Source of the DNA: an uncultured delta proteobacterium
GTDB taxonomy: Bacteria; Desulfobacterota; Desulfomonilia; UBA1062
NCBI GenBank assembly: GCA_963752595.1
Contig: CAVVYZ010000022.1
Coordinates: 64,001 to 128,000 of the forward strand
Length of the DNA stretch: 64,000 bases
Direction: 5' to 3'
Positions within the stretch are counted from its first letter, which is position 1. Every line of letters starts with the position of its first letter. The translations under genes and the position numbers were made by a program. Below are positions 10,464-21,018 of this stretch, piece after piece. The notes beneath the pieces were generated by a model. It had not been told where the DNA came from, did not search any database, and worked only from the letters and a program-made list of their open reading frames with translations.

Positions 10464-10801
10464 CCGTTCTTCCTCGTTCTTTTAAGTACAAAGGACATCC
10501 TTGGTTGATTATCGGCATCCCCCCCGTACGAATTTACCACCCCAGCTCCTCTCTGATGTATCATGATATATGGTGACAGTTTTGTATGAAGAATCGTAAA
10601 ACAAGGGGGCTCATAGCAATTTGCCGTTACTATATACTGTAGGGCGTTTCTGTCGGCGGTCAACAAAAAGGCAAACCGTGCCCCTTTGGTATGGAGAAGA
10701 ACTTAATTCTACCATTCACCCATCGTTTGGAGTATAGGCATTCTCCATAAGAGAACGCTCCCCTAGATGCTCCATGAAACTACTGTAAAACATATGATTC
10801 C

Positions 10802-11521
10802 ATGGGTATACTGAATATAGATATCCTCACCCAGCCCGATGACTACACCTGCGGGCCCACATGTCTGCATGCCATTTATAAGTATTACGAAGACCCCATC
10901 GAGCTTCACCAGGTTATAGCCGAAGTGCCGATGCTCGCAGAAGGCGGAACGCTTGCGGTTTTTCTTGCAAATCATGCGTTGAAGCGGGGGTATCGGGCAC
11001 AGATCTACTCCTATAATCTCCAGATCTTCGATCCCACCTGGGCGAGGCTCGATGTAGACGAGATAAAGAAGCGGCTTATCCGGCAGATGGAGTTCAAAAA
11101 AAGCCCGAAGCTCAAGGTGGACACCCTGGCCTACCTGGAATTCTTCGATCTCGGCGGAACCCTGCACTTCGAGGATTTGAGCCCGTCTCTCATCCAGGGG
11201 TTCCTTCTTGAAAAGATCCCGATCATCACAGCGCTCAGTGCGACATACCTCTACAAGAGCGCCCGCGAGTACGGCCCTGAAAGTGTGTATGACGATGTCC
11301 AGGGAGAGCCTTCCGGGCACTTTGTGGTCGTGAGCGGGTATGATCCCATGAAACGCACCGTCATGGTTGCCGACCCTCACCTTCACAATCCCATCGCCTT
11401 CAGAAATAAGTATGAAGTGTCGGTCGACAGCCTCATCGGTGCCATATTCCTCGGCATTATCACCCACGATGCCAAGCTCATCATCATAGAGCCGAAAAAA
11501 GACGGGAGCTGTAAGATTTAG
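10802..11521 (+). CDS. Stand-alone C39-like (papain-fold) peptidase
   Basis: QPDDYTCGPTCL (Q-x5-C), GHFVVVSGYD (His), VADP (Asp); no signal peptide or transporter fusion. Confidence 0.85.
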   Translation: MGILNIDILTQPDDYTCGPTCLHAIYKYYEDPIELHQVIAEVPMLAEGGTLAVFLANHALKRGYRAQIYSYNLQIFDPTWARLDVDEIKKRLIRQMEFKKSPKLKVDTLAYLEFFDLGGTLHFEDLSPSLIQGFLLEKIPIITALSATYLYKSAREYGPESVYDDVQGEPSGHFVVVSGYDPMKRTVMVADPHLHNPIAFRNKYEVSVDSLIGAIFLGIITHDAKLIIIEPKKDGSCKI

Positions 11522-11522
11522 C

Positions 11523-12995
11523 ATGCGTACGCTGATTGTCGTGAACAATCCCAGGGACTGGCAGTTCGACATCCCGGGGGTCGAGGTTGTGGATGCCTGG
11601 AAATACCTCGATGATCCCGGCTACGGTGCGTTGCAGAGGGCGCGGGTGTTCAACCTCTGCCGTTCGTACCAATACCAGAGCCACGGATACTATGTGTCGC
11701 TGGTAGCCGCTGCCCGCGACCATAAACCCCTGCCCACAGTGATGACGATCCAGGACATGAAGACGCGCTCCGTGATCCGGGTCATGTCGGATGAGCTTGA
11801 TGAGCTCATTCAGAAGCATCTTTTCCACCTCACATCGCACCGCTTCGAGCTGAGCATCTACTTCGGCAGGAATATCGCCAAACGCTATGAACACTTGAGC
11901 ATCGCGCTCTACCGTCTCTTTGAAACCCCGCTGCTCCGGGCCTATTTTCACCGGACAAACGGCAAATGGTTTCTCCAGAATATCGAGCCCATCTCGACGA
12001 ACGAGATACCCGATGAGCACAAGGACTTCATCCGGCAGGCTGCGCTCGAGTACTTCGCAGGCAGGCGCAAAAACACGAAAAAGCTCAAGGAATACCGCTA
12101 CGATCTCGCTATCCTGACCAACGAGCATGAAGACTGTCCGCCATCAGATCAGCGGGCCATAGCCCGGTTCGTCCGTGCAGCGGATTCCCTGGGGATTGAT
12201 GCCGAGACGATCTCGAAGGACGATTTCAGCAGGATCGTTGAATTCGATGCACTCTTTATCCGGGAGACCACGAACGTCAATCACCACACGTACCGTTTTG
12301 CCCGTAAGGCCCAGACAGAGGGCCTTGTGGTCATCGATGATCCCTCCTCGATCTTAAGGTGCTCCAACAAGGTCTACCTCTCGGAGCTCCTGAAAACGCA
12401 CGGGATCCCCATTCCCGGGTCTGTCAACATCCACCTTCAGAACGTGAACTCGGTGAAGCGTTCCCTTGCCTACCCTGCCATTCTCAAACAGCCGGACAGC
12501 GCTTTCTCAAAAGGGGTGGTCAAGGTGGAGAATGTGCATGAGTTCGAGGCTGCGGTGGAGGAGCTCTTTGAAAAATCCGCCATCCTGGTGGCTCAGGAGT
12601 TCATGCCCACGGATTTCGACTGGAGAGTGGGCGTTCTGGACAATCAGGTGCTCTACGTATGCAAGTATTTCATGGCCCCTCATCACTGGCAGATTGTCAA
12701 GAAGGTTGAGAAATCGGGCAGGAACATCGAAGGATCGTTTGAAACCATACCCGTGGGCAAGGCCCCGAAAAGGCTTATCACCCTGGCACTCAAGGCTTCG
12801 GGTCTCATTGGCAGGGGGCTGTACGGGGTGGATATCAAGCAGGTCGGAAAGCGGTATGTCGTCATAGAGATCAATGACAATCCCAGCATCGAATCGGGGA
12901 TCGAAGACAAGGTGCTCAAAGACGGGCTGTATGTAAAGATCATGCAGGTCTTCCTCGATAGAATCGAAAAAAAGAAGGCGCCGAGGAAACTATGA
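11523..12995 (+). CDS. RimK-family ATP-grasp ligase with RLAN-type N-terminal domain
   Basis: GYYVSLVAAARDH N-domain; ILKQPDSAFSKGV, QEFMPTDFDWRV, GLYGVDIK, IEINDNPS. Confidence 0.9.
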   Translation: MRTLIVVNNPRDWQFDIPGVEVVDAWKYLDDPGYGALQRARVFNLCRSYQYQSHGYYVSLVAAARDHKPLPTVMTIQDMKTRSVIRVMSDELDELIQKHLFHLTSHRFELSIYFGRNIAKRYEHLSIALYRLFETPLLRAYFHRTNGKWFLQNIEPISTNEIPDEHKDFIRQAALEYFAGRRKNTKKLKEYRYDLAILTNEHEDCPPSDQRAIARFVRAADSLGIDAETISKDDFSRIVEFDALFIRETTNVNHHTYRFARKAQTEGLVVIDDPSSILRCSNKVYLSELLKTHGIPIPGSVNIHLQNVNSVKRSLAYPAILKQPDSAFSKGVVKVENVHEFEAAVEELFEKSAILVAQEFMPTDFDWRVGVLDNQVLYVCKYFMAPHHWQIVKKVEKSGRNIEGSFETIPVGKAPKRLITLALKASGLIGRGLYGVDIKQVGKRYVVIEINDNPSIESGIEDKVLKDGLYVKIMQVFLDRIEKKKAPRKL

Positions 12996-14233
12996 GCAGA
13001 GCCGGTGCTTCGCTTCATCTCTTTGAAGGATACGGCATCGAGCTTGAATACATGATCGTCGACCGGATAAGCTTGGATGTCCTTCCCGTGTCCGATAAGG
13101 TGCTTGCACGCGTTGCCCATGAATTTACGAACGAGGCGGATATGGGCAGGCTTGCGTGGTCCAACGAGATCGTGCTCCACGTCATCGAGCTCAAAACAAA
13201 CGGCCCGGTACAATCCTTCGAGGATCTGCCGGAACTTTTCAGGCAGGACATTGGTCACATCAATACGATCCTCGAACCCACGGGCGGCCTGCTCATGCCC
13301 ACCGGGATGCACCCGTGGATGGACCCGCGCACCAAGACAAAGCTCTGGCCCCATGAGAACGAAATTATTTATACCTCGTACGACCGTATCTTCGGAACCG
13401 GAGGCCACGGATGGTCGAACCTTCAGAGCATGCACCTCAACCTCCCCTTCCAGGGCGATGAAGAGTTCGTCCGGCTGCATGCCGCCATACGGCTCGTTCT
13501 TCCCCTTCTCCCTGCCCTGGCTGCAAGCACCCCGATAGTCGGCGGGTCGGCTACCCCCCTGAAGGATAACCGGCTGGAGGCATACCGGCATAACCAGGAG
13601 AAGATACCGTCGATCACAGGGCTCATCATACCCGAGGCTGTGCGGAGCATTGATGAGTACCGGAGCCTGATCCTCGAACCCATGTACCGCGACATCGCAC
13701 CCTACGATCCCGGGGGCGTGCTTCAGCATGAGTGGCTCAACTCGCGTGGTGCCATTCCCCGGTTCGAGAGAAACACTATCGAGATCCGCGTCATTGATGT
13801 CCAGGAGTGCCCTCTGGCCGACATCGCGGTAGCGTCTTTCGTATCTTCGGTGGTCAAGTCCCTTGTTGCAGAAAAGTGGTCCGGGCTCGAGGACCAGATG
13901 GCGATACCCACTGAAGATCTCTCGGATATCTTTCTCGGGACGGTGCGTCTGGCAGAAGGATACGAGGTTGACGGGCATGCCTATGCGCCCCTCTTCGGCA
14001 TTCAGCCGGGCATGCAGAGGCCGGCTGCCGGGACTGTATGGAAGCACCTTCTGGAAAGCTGCATGGATCTTTCATCCTGGGAGTACCCTGTTCTGGAAAC
14101 CATGCTCTCTCACGGCAGCCTCTCTACCCGCATCCTTAAACAACTCGGCAGCGGATTCTCAAAGAACGGGCTGAAAGCCCTTTATGGAAAGCTCTGCAGG
14201 AGTTTAAGCAGAAATGAACTGTTCATCCCCTGA
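12992..14233 (+). CDS. Glutamate-cysteine ligase family 2 (GCS2, carboxylate-amine ligase)
   Basis: GIELEYMIV, QSMHLNLPF, NSRGAIPRFERNTIEIRVID; ATGA overlap with upstream gene. Confidence 0.9.
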   Translation: MSRAGASLHLFEGYGIELEYMIVDRISLDVLPVSDKVLARVAHEFTNEADMGRLAWSNEIVLHVIELKTNGPVQSFEDLPELFRQDIGHINTILEPTGGLLMPTGMHPWMDPRTKTKLWPHENEIIYTSYDRIFGTGGHGWSNLQSMHLNLPFQGDEEFVRLHAAIRLVLPLLPALAASTPIVGGSATPLKDNRLEAYRHNQEKIPSITGLIIPEAVRSIDEYRSLILEPMYRDIAPYDPGGVLQHEWLNSRGAIPRFERNTIEIRVIDVQECPLADIAVASFVSSVVKSLVAEKWSGLEDQMAIPTEDLSDIFLGTVRLAEGYEVDGHAYAPLFGIQPGMQRPAAGTVWKHLLESCMDLSSWEYPVLETMLSHGSLSTRILKQLGSGFSKNGLKALYGKLCRSLSRNELFIP

Positions 14234-14948
14234 CCGCTCCGGCCTCGTCATAACCTGCGAACATGCAGGCAATGGTATCCCTCAGGAGTTTTCCCGTATC
14301 TTTGCCGGGTCTGAAAATCTCCTGAATACCCACCGAGGGTATGACATCGGTGCACGTGAACTTGCCGACGCCCTTGGAAAAATATTTACGGTCTACGTGT
14401 TCTCCTCGCCCGTGAGCAGGCTCCTGGTGGATCTCAACAGGAGCCTGTCGAGCCGCACCCTCTTTCCACCCGTTACCCGTAACCTGCCGCAGAAAGAAAG
14501 AGAAGCGATCGTCAGGGACTACTACCTTCCCTACCGGGCACATGTTGAAGAACATATCAAGGCCCTGGCCTACTCAGGGAAATTTGTTCTGCACATATCC
14601 CTGCACACGTTTACCCCGGTGCTGCATGGTGTTGAGAGAAAGGCGGACATAGCATTTCTCTATGACCCGGAGAGGCCATCCGAATGCTGTTTAAGCTCCC
14701 GCATGGCAGAACACGCCCGAGGGGCAGCACAGGAGTACACCGTCCGGAGGAACTATCCATACCGGGGAGTTTCGGATTCATTCACCACACATTTGAGGAA
14801 ACACTATCCTCAGCACGTCTATGCAGGCATCGAGATCGAGGTAAACCAGAAGTACTGCCTGCCCGGCGATCCCCGCCGCATTTTCATCCGCCGCGTTCTT
14901 GCCGGGTGCATAACGCATGCTCTATCCCCTGTTCCTTCCTTCACATAG
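14214..14948 (+). CDS. N-formylglutamate amidohydrolase family protein
   Basis: TCEHAGN, HRGYDIGA, SRLLVDLNR, SLHTFTP, NYPYRG, EIEVNQ. Confidence 0.9.
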   Translation: MNCSSPDRSGLVITCEHAGNGIPQEFSRIFAGSENLLNTHRGYDIGARELADALGKIFTVYVFSSPVSRLLVDLNRSLSSRTLFPPVTRNLPQKEREAIVRDYYLPYRAHVEEHIKALAYSGKFVLHISLHTFTPVLHGVERKADIAFLYDPERPSECCLSSRMAEHARGAAQEYTVRRNYPYRGVSDSFTTHLRKHYPQHVYAGIEIEVNQKYCLPGDPRRIFIRRVLAGCITHALSPVPSFT

Positions 14949-15049
14949 AAGGAATGCTCCTGGACTCCATGAAGTGGAGTTGTGAATCATAAGCAGTAGA
15001 TTACTATTGTTTTATTGAGGCGAATAGTTCCCTGATCCGGATTTTACTA

Positions 15050-17360
15050 ATGTTTCGATCAGCCAAGAGTACAATTCCCCGGCAGGAGGGTAATCTTCCC
15101 GTGTGGTTTAAATGGTTCCCCTGGAAGTATATGGTGAGCCGCCTGGCAAGGTCTGGAGGTTTCATAGACCCGGTCAAGATCCTCTTCAGGGTCGAGGCCT
15201 TTTCACAGCCCATGGATATCCAGAAGCCTCTGGAGATGCTCAGGTCCGGGATGGCCTTCCATGCACGGGGCATCCTGAACACGAGCGCCATCCAGCATAA
15301 TCTCGACTGGATATGGCCTTACTGGGTGGAGCGCCAGTACAACCCGCTCGACATATCCTTTGTCCCGAGGTCTTTTCTGCTGACCCATATCAATCTCACC
15401 CAGAGGAACTGGACCACCATAGGTTTGCCGGATTGCGACAACTTCTGCATCGTGGATCCCAAAGGCCTGCTTACCCCTTTCTGGGACAGCTGGTCTATCG
15501 ATGCATGGATCGTCGCTCAGGACGGAGCAGGCCTTTACCCGTCCCGCGTTCTCAACTCGGACCAGCGGCTCGATCTCGAGACAGGCCTTGCCGTGGAGAC
15601 TCACAGCCGGGTCCTGGGAATGGACCTCAAAAACCACCAGGAGGTGCATCTTCTGGGGGGTGTTCCTACCTGTGTGATGGACCTCCATGCCAGGAGCAAG
15701 GGCGATTCCTGGCTGGTGGTTTCCATACGGCCGTACAATCCCGAAGGTGTCAGCTTCATCTCCACGAATATCCCTGGGAGAGGATGCATCAGTCCTGAAA
15801 GTAGACGGGCACCGGGAGGTACGCCTCGATCCGCCCCCGAGGCATCACCGGTTTTCCTATTACCGCCATGGCGACGTCCACACGCGCCTCTTCGAAGACA
15901 GGAACGAGACCGAAGTTACCTGCAATGTCGGCATGGCAAGTGCTGCTGCGCTGTATCCCATAAGCCGGGACAAGGAAACGCACGTCAGGGTAAAGGTCCC
16001 GCTGGCGACGGAACATGAAAGAAAAAAGAGCTGTTCCCTGCCGGTGAGCTGGGAACATGCCCTCAAGGGGTTCACTTCATTCAGTCTCCCGGAAAAGAGG
16101 TTCCAGGATCTCTTCGAAGGATCCATCCGCGCCCTTGTCCTCCTGAGTCCCAACGGTATCGTATACCCAGGGCCGTATACGTACAAACGGTTCTGGTTCA
16201 GGGATGCTGCATTCATCCTCAATGCATTGCTGTGCCTCGGCCTGTTCGACAGGGTGGAGAAGGTCCTCGACAGCTATCCCGGAAGGCAGATCGCCAACGG
16301 GTTCTATCTCTCGCAGGAGGGCGAATGGGATTCCAACGGTGAGGCCCTCTGGATCATCAGGAGATATTGCGAACTCACCGGAAGGCCGCCGAAAGCATCG
16401 TGGCACCACTCGATACTCAAAGGCGCACGCTGGATATTGAACAAGCGCCTTTCAACGGATATCGACGAGCTCCATGCAGGATTGTTCCCCCCGGGTTTCA
16501 GCGCAGAGCATCTGGGGCCGAACGATTACTACTACTGGGACAATTTCTGGGGCGTGGCAGGCCTGCAGGCTGCAGCAGACCTCCTCGAATCGTATGAAGA
16601 TTTCAGAAAGGCCGACCGGCTCCGGGATGAATCGAACTTCTTTCTCAAGGCCGTGGAGAAGAGCCTGGCTCGTGTAGCCGATCATCTGGGGCGGCCGGGC
16701 ATACCTGCCTCTCCCTATCGCCGCCTGGATTCCGGGGCAATCGGCTCGCTCGTATCGGGTTACCCGCTGCAGATATTCCCGCCCAAAGATCGACGGCTCA
16801 TGGACACCGTTGATTTCCTTCTGGAAGGCTGCCTCGTCAACGACGGGTTTTTCCTCGACATCATCCATTCCGGGATAAACCCTTATCTGACGCTTCACCT
16901 TGCCCAGGCACTCATGCGGGCCGGCCGTATCGGCAGCCTTGACCTTTACCGCACCGTGGCCGATCTGGCATCGCCGACCGGGCGATGGCCGGAGGCAATC
17001 CACCCGCGTACCCTGGGCGGGTGCATGGGGGACGGCGATCATGCTTGGGCTGCAGCTGAATGGATCCTCATGATGCGCAACAGCTTCATCCGGGAGGAAG
17101 GCAATAAGATCGTCCTGGGCTCGGGTATTTTTCCTTCCTGGTACCGCAGGAACGATAAGATTTCTTTCGGCCCGGCGCCTACGCCTTTCGGGGAAATGAT
17201 AGTGAGGATCGAACCGAAAACGCAAGGCCTCCTGGTGACATGGGAGGGATCATGGCGCACGTGCCCCCCTTCCCTTGAGATATCCATCCCGGGCTTCGAC
17301 TCCGTAGTCCCGGGCCCGGAGGAAACCGTCGTAATGCTCACCTGGAAAGGGGAAGAATGA
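15050..17360 (+). CDS. (alpha/alpha)6-barrel glycoside hydrolase-like protein (GH15/GH63/GH65-type fold); one frameshift near 15765
   Basis: ORFs 15050-16018 and 15687-17360 join at PEGVSFI/RISLGED; YKRFWFRDA, EWDSNGEALW, YYWDNFWG, RWPEAIHP motifs. Confidence 0.7.
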
Positions 17361-19402
17361 ACATCCTGATGTTTACGAACACGTACCTTCCCCACGTGGG
17401 CGGCGTCGCAAGGAGCGTCCATAGTTTTGTCGAGGCCCTCAAAAAACAGGGGCATAGGGTCAGGGTGGTTGCCCCGTATTTCGAAGAAACTATTCTCACA
17501 GAGATCGATATTTTCAGAATACCTGCCATAAAGAACTTCAATAGATCAGGATTCTCGGTTCCCCTTTTTGCACCGGGCATGATTTCCAAAGCGGTTAAGG
17601 GGTTCAACCCGGATATCATTCATTCCCACCACCCCTTTCTTCTGGGAAACACTGCACTGAGGTATGCATCCTTTTTCCATGTGCCCATCGTGTTTACCCA
17701 TCACACCCTCTATGAACGCTATACCCATTATATACCCGGGGATTCGGTTCTGCTGAGAAGGTTTGCCGTAAGCCTTGCAACGTTCTACTGCAACAAATGC
17801 GATACGGTCATAGCTCCCAGCACATCGGTGGCTTCAATGATCTCCCAACGCGGGGTCCGCTCGCCGATAGATGTCATACCGACCGGCGTGAACAAGGACC
17901 GCTTTTCCAAAGGTGACGCCGCACTGTTGAAAAAACTGATCGGGATTCCCGAGAATGCCTACGTAATCGGCCACGTGGGCAGGCTCGCGAAAGAGAAGAA
18001 CCTTGAATACCTGGCTCTGGCCTTGTCCCACTACCTGCGCGCGAATCCCGATGACCATGTCATAATCGCCGGTGCAGGTCCCATGGAAGAATACCTGAGA
18101 AAGCTGTTTGCACACCACGGCCTCAACAGAAGGCTCCACATGCTGGGGATCCTGGGCGAAGACGAGCTCCCCTCCGTATACCGGGCCATGAACGTGTTCG
18201 CCTTCTCATCCCAGAGTGAAACGCAGGGACTGGTCATTACCGAGGCAATGGCCTCCGGTGTACCGGTTGTGGCCCTCAACGGGCCCGGGGTCAGCGATGT
18301 GGTGAAAGACCATGTGAATGGAAGGCTGATAACCGGTACGGATATCAGCGATTTCATTACCGCGCTCCAGTGGATGAAATCACTGGGACCCGAAGGGAAA
18401 ATGAACATAAAGGAAGCAGTTCACGACACAGCTGCGGAGTTCGATATGGACAGGAGCGTCGAAAAACTCCTCGTGCTCTACGGCTCCCTCCGGCAGGAAG
18501 TTTCGAGGGCTGCTTCCCCTATGACTGCGTACAGGGACATGCTCCTGACCCACGGCCGTATCATGGAGAGTTCATTATCTGCCTTGATCCATGCAGTTAC
18601 GCCGATATCGCGGGAGGTGTACTCCTGCCGGGACAATATCCCCGAAGACATGGAGATCCAGACCCTTCTGGCCCAGCATTCCGGAATAAGGGCACGCATC
18701 ATAGGATACGCCCTATCGTTTTATATCAGACTGCAGAAAACATCCTGGCATAAGCATCAGGAAGGGCTCGAGTACCTGAAGGCACAGCTCGGACAGGAGG
18801 AGCCTGTTCTCGTATCCTTCTGGCACGGTAAGTACCTGCCGCTCTTTGCCCTGCTCGAGGGACTGCATGGATGCATCTTCGCCAGCTGTTCATTCAGGGG
18901 AGAGGTCGTTGCCGAGATATGCAGGAGGTTCGGCTATGAATGCATCCTCATCCCCGAGCACGCTAGGAGCAGGGCAGTAGATATCATGGCCAAATCCATC
19001 CTCCACTACGGCACAGGAGCAGTGGCTGCCGATGGCCCACGGGGGCCAGGAAGGGTATTCAAGCGGGGGTCTGTACAGCTTTCCTCCGAACTGGGGATGA
19101 CCGTCATCCCGGTATCGGTAGCCGTATATCCCAAGATCGTTGCAAAAAAACGGTGGGACCGCTACGAGGCCCCCCTGCCCTTCGGCCATGTCTATCTCAA
19201 GGTTGGAAAAGGCATACCGGTGCCTGTGGGATTGAAATCGAACGAGATCGATTCCTGGTCGCTCCGGCTGAAAAAAGCGCTGGATGAAGTGGATGAAAGT
19301 GCTGAAGAGGGCTTACGGTCACTCGCTTTTCAACACAAGGGGATAATTCATGTCGAAAGATTATTACGAGATACTGGGCGTATCAAAGAATGCATCCGGT
19401 AA
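17357..19402 (+). CDS. GT4 glycosyltransferase (monoglucosyl-diacylglycerol synthase-like) fused to DUF374 acyltransferase-like domain
   Basis: N: [43 protein letters not shown]; C: FWHG, ADGPRGP, RWDRY. Confidence 0.85.
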   Translation: MNILMFTNTYLPHVGGVARSVHSFVEALKKQGHRVRVVAPYFEETILTEIDIFRIPAIKNFNRSGFSVPLFAPGMISKAVKGFNPDIIHSHHPFLLGNTALRYASFFHVPIVFTHHTLYERYTHYIPGDSVLLRRFAVSLATFYCNKCDTVIAPSTSVASMISQRGVRSPIDVIPTGVNKDRFSKGDAALLKKLIGIPENAYVIGHVGRLAKEKNLEYLALALSHYLRANPDDHVIIAGAGPMEEYLRKLFAHHGLNRRLHMLGILGEDELPSVYRAMNVFAFSSQSETQGLVITEAMASGVPVVALNGPGVSDVVKDHVNGRLITGTDISDFITALQWMKSLGPEGKMNIKEAVHDTAAEFDMDRSVEKLLVLYGSLRQEVSRAASPMTAYRDMLLTHGRIMESSLSALIHAVTPISREVYSCRDNIPEDMEIQTLLAQHSGIRARIIGYALSFYIRLQKTSWHKHQEGLEYLKAQLGQEEPVLVSFWHGKYLPLFALLEGLHGCIFASCSFRGEVVAEICRRFGYECILIPEHARSRAVDIMAKSILHYGTGAVAADGPRGPGRVFKRGSVQLSSELGMTVIPVSVAVYPKIVAKKRWDRYEAPLPFGHVYLKVGKGIPVPVGLKSNEIDSWSLRLKKALDEVDESAEEGLRSLAFQHKGIIHVERLLRDTGRIKECIR

Positions 19403-20483
19403 AAATATCCGTGAGGCATACCGGAAGCTTTCCAGGAAGTGGCATCCGGACGTGAACCCCGGGAACAAACAGGCCGAAGAAAAGTTTAAGGAAATCAGCA
19501 ATGCCTATGATGTATTGAGCAATGATGATAAACGCAAGCTTTATGATGAATTCGGTGAAGAGGGATTGAAGCAGGGTTTTAATCCGGAAGGCGCACGACA
19601 GTACAAGCAGTGGTCCGGCAGGCGGGAACGTGGAGGAAGGCCCGGTGGTGAGGAGTACGGCAGGTATCACAGCTTTGAGGACCTTTTCGGAGGCGCGTTC
19701 GATTTCGGCTTCGAGCGAGGAGGTCCGGCCTCTGCCCAGGCTTATCAGGGAAGCGATATTGAATCGAGCATTACCATCGATTTCATCACGGCTCTGAAAG
19801 GGATGACGACGGAGATTTCGATGAACAAGGCAAAATCCTGCCCGACCTGCAGCGGCACAGGGATCGATCCGCATTCCGGCCTTTCAACCTGCACGGTCTG
19901 CGGCGGAAACGGCCGTATCAACGTTGCAAGAGGTCCCATGGAATTCACCAAGACATGTCCCCGATGCAACGGGAGCGGCCGTGTCGGAAAGGAATGCCCC
20001 ACCTGTCTGGGCAGAGGCATAATCGAGGGGCTGGAAAGGATCAATGTCGTTATTCCCCCGGGCGTTAAAGACAGTTTCAAGCTCAGGATCTCCGGGAAAG
20101 GAGAGCCGGGCGGGCCGAAGGGGAAGCCGGGCGACCTGTACCTCACGGTCCATGTAGCAGAACACCCGTTGTTGAAGCGTGAGGACGACAATCTTGCCAT
20201 GGAGGTGCCCATCACCGTCGGCGAAGCCATGGAAGGAGGAACCATTACCGTGCCTACCCCGGAAGGCCGGATCAATGTCAAGATACCCCCGAAGAGCCAG
20301 AGCGGGCAGAGGTTAAAAATACGGGGCAAAGGCGCCCCAAACCCTAAGACCAAACAGCGGGGAGATCTCTTCATCAAACTCCTGATCAAGGTTCCCAGGA
20401 CAGAGAACAAAGAAGCCCTTGAAGCTGCTGAAAAGATCGATTCCCTCTACACCGAAAACGTGAGGGAGGACATCAGGCTGTAG
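19350..20483 (+). CDS. dnaJ: DnaJ chaperone (type I, with zinc finger)
   Basis: DYYEILGV J-domain with HPD, four CxxCxGxG repeats, C-terminal GDL motifs. Confidence 0.9.
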   Translation: MSKDYYEILGVSKNASGKNIREAYRKLSRKWHPDVNPGNKQAEEKFKEISNAYDVLSNDDKRKLYDEFGEEGLKQGFNPEGARQYKQWSGRRERGGRPGGEEYGRYHSFEDLFGGAFDFGFERGGPASAQAYQGSDIESSITIDFITALKGMTTEISMNKAKSCPTCSGTGIDPHSGLSTCTVCGGNGRINVARGPMEFTKTCPRCNGSGRVGKECPTCLGRGIIEGLERINVVIPPGVKDSFKLRISGKGEPGGPKGKPGDLYLTVHVAEHPLLKREDDNLAMEVPITVGEAMEGGTITVPTPEGRINVKIPPKSQSGQRLKIRGKGAPNPKTKQRGDLFIKLLIKVPRTENKEALEAAEKIDSLYTENVREDIRL

Positions 20484-20488
20484 GATAG

Positions 20489-20809
20489 TTATCTCTCCTG
20501 CCTGCTGAGCAGCTCCCGGAATTCATCTACCAGGTTTTTGAGGATATCATCGAACTGGCACCTCATCTCAATCATGTTCTGTCTCATCCGGAGTATTACC
20601 TCGATACCCGGGAGATTTATATCCATGTCCTCGATGAGGGTCTTCGCTACCTGAAGCTTTTCGACCTCCGATGACGGCAGGAGTTTGTCACTTCCTTTCT
20701 CGTCACGGCAGAAAGAGATGATCTGTTCCTTCTCCAGGGTAGTGATAAATTCTTCTCGAACTTCCAAAATCTCAACGATCTCACTGACGCTCCAGAATTC
20801 TTTCTCCAT
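20489..20809 (-). CDS. CbpM-like chaperone modulator (MerR_2 family)
   Basis: 106 aa, MerR-like N-terminus, LIEDMDINLPGIEVILRM motif plus coiled coil; adjacent to a J-protein. Confidence 0.75.
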   Translation of the reverse strand: MEKEFWSVSEIVEILEVREEFITTLEKEQIISFCRDEKGSDKLLPSSEVEKLQVAKTLIEDMDINLPGIEVILRMRQNMIEMRCQFDDILKNLVDEFRELLSRQER

Positions 20810-21018
20810 CTCATTCCTCCGATCGTATCAGGACCGCTTGAACCCTGATGAGCCAGGCCGTCGATGGATGCATCATGGCAATTAAATAAAAATAAATTTA
20901 ATTACCGGCCATATACTGTACGATATGAATATCATGTTCTTAATCAAGGGTGCATGGACGACGTAATGAGCATAAATTCTTGTATCTTCATTCTTTCCAC
21001 GATAGGATTCTCCTCCGC

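Noticed and set aside
10660-10800. GGCAAAC and short hairpins upstream of the ligase operon as a riboswitch
   Set aside because: Remaining consensus elements absent
9444-10801. RiPP precursor peptide for the ATP-grasp/C39 pair
   Set aside because: No short ORF with RBS and graspetide-like or Glu-rich core found; the ATP-grasp looks RimK-type
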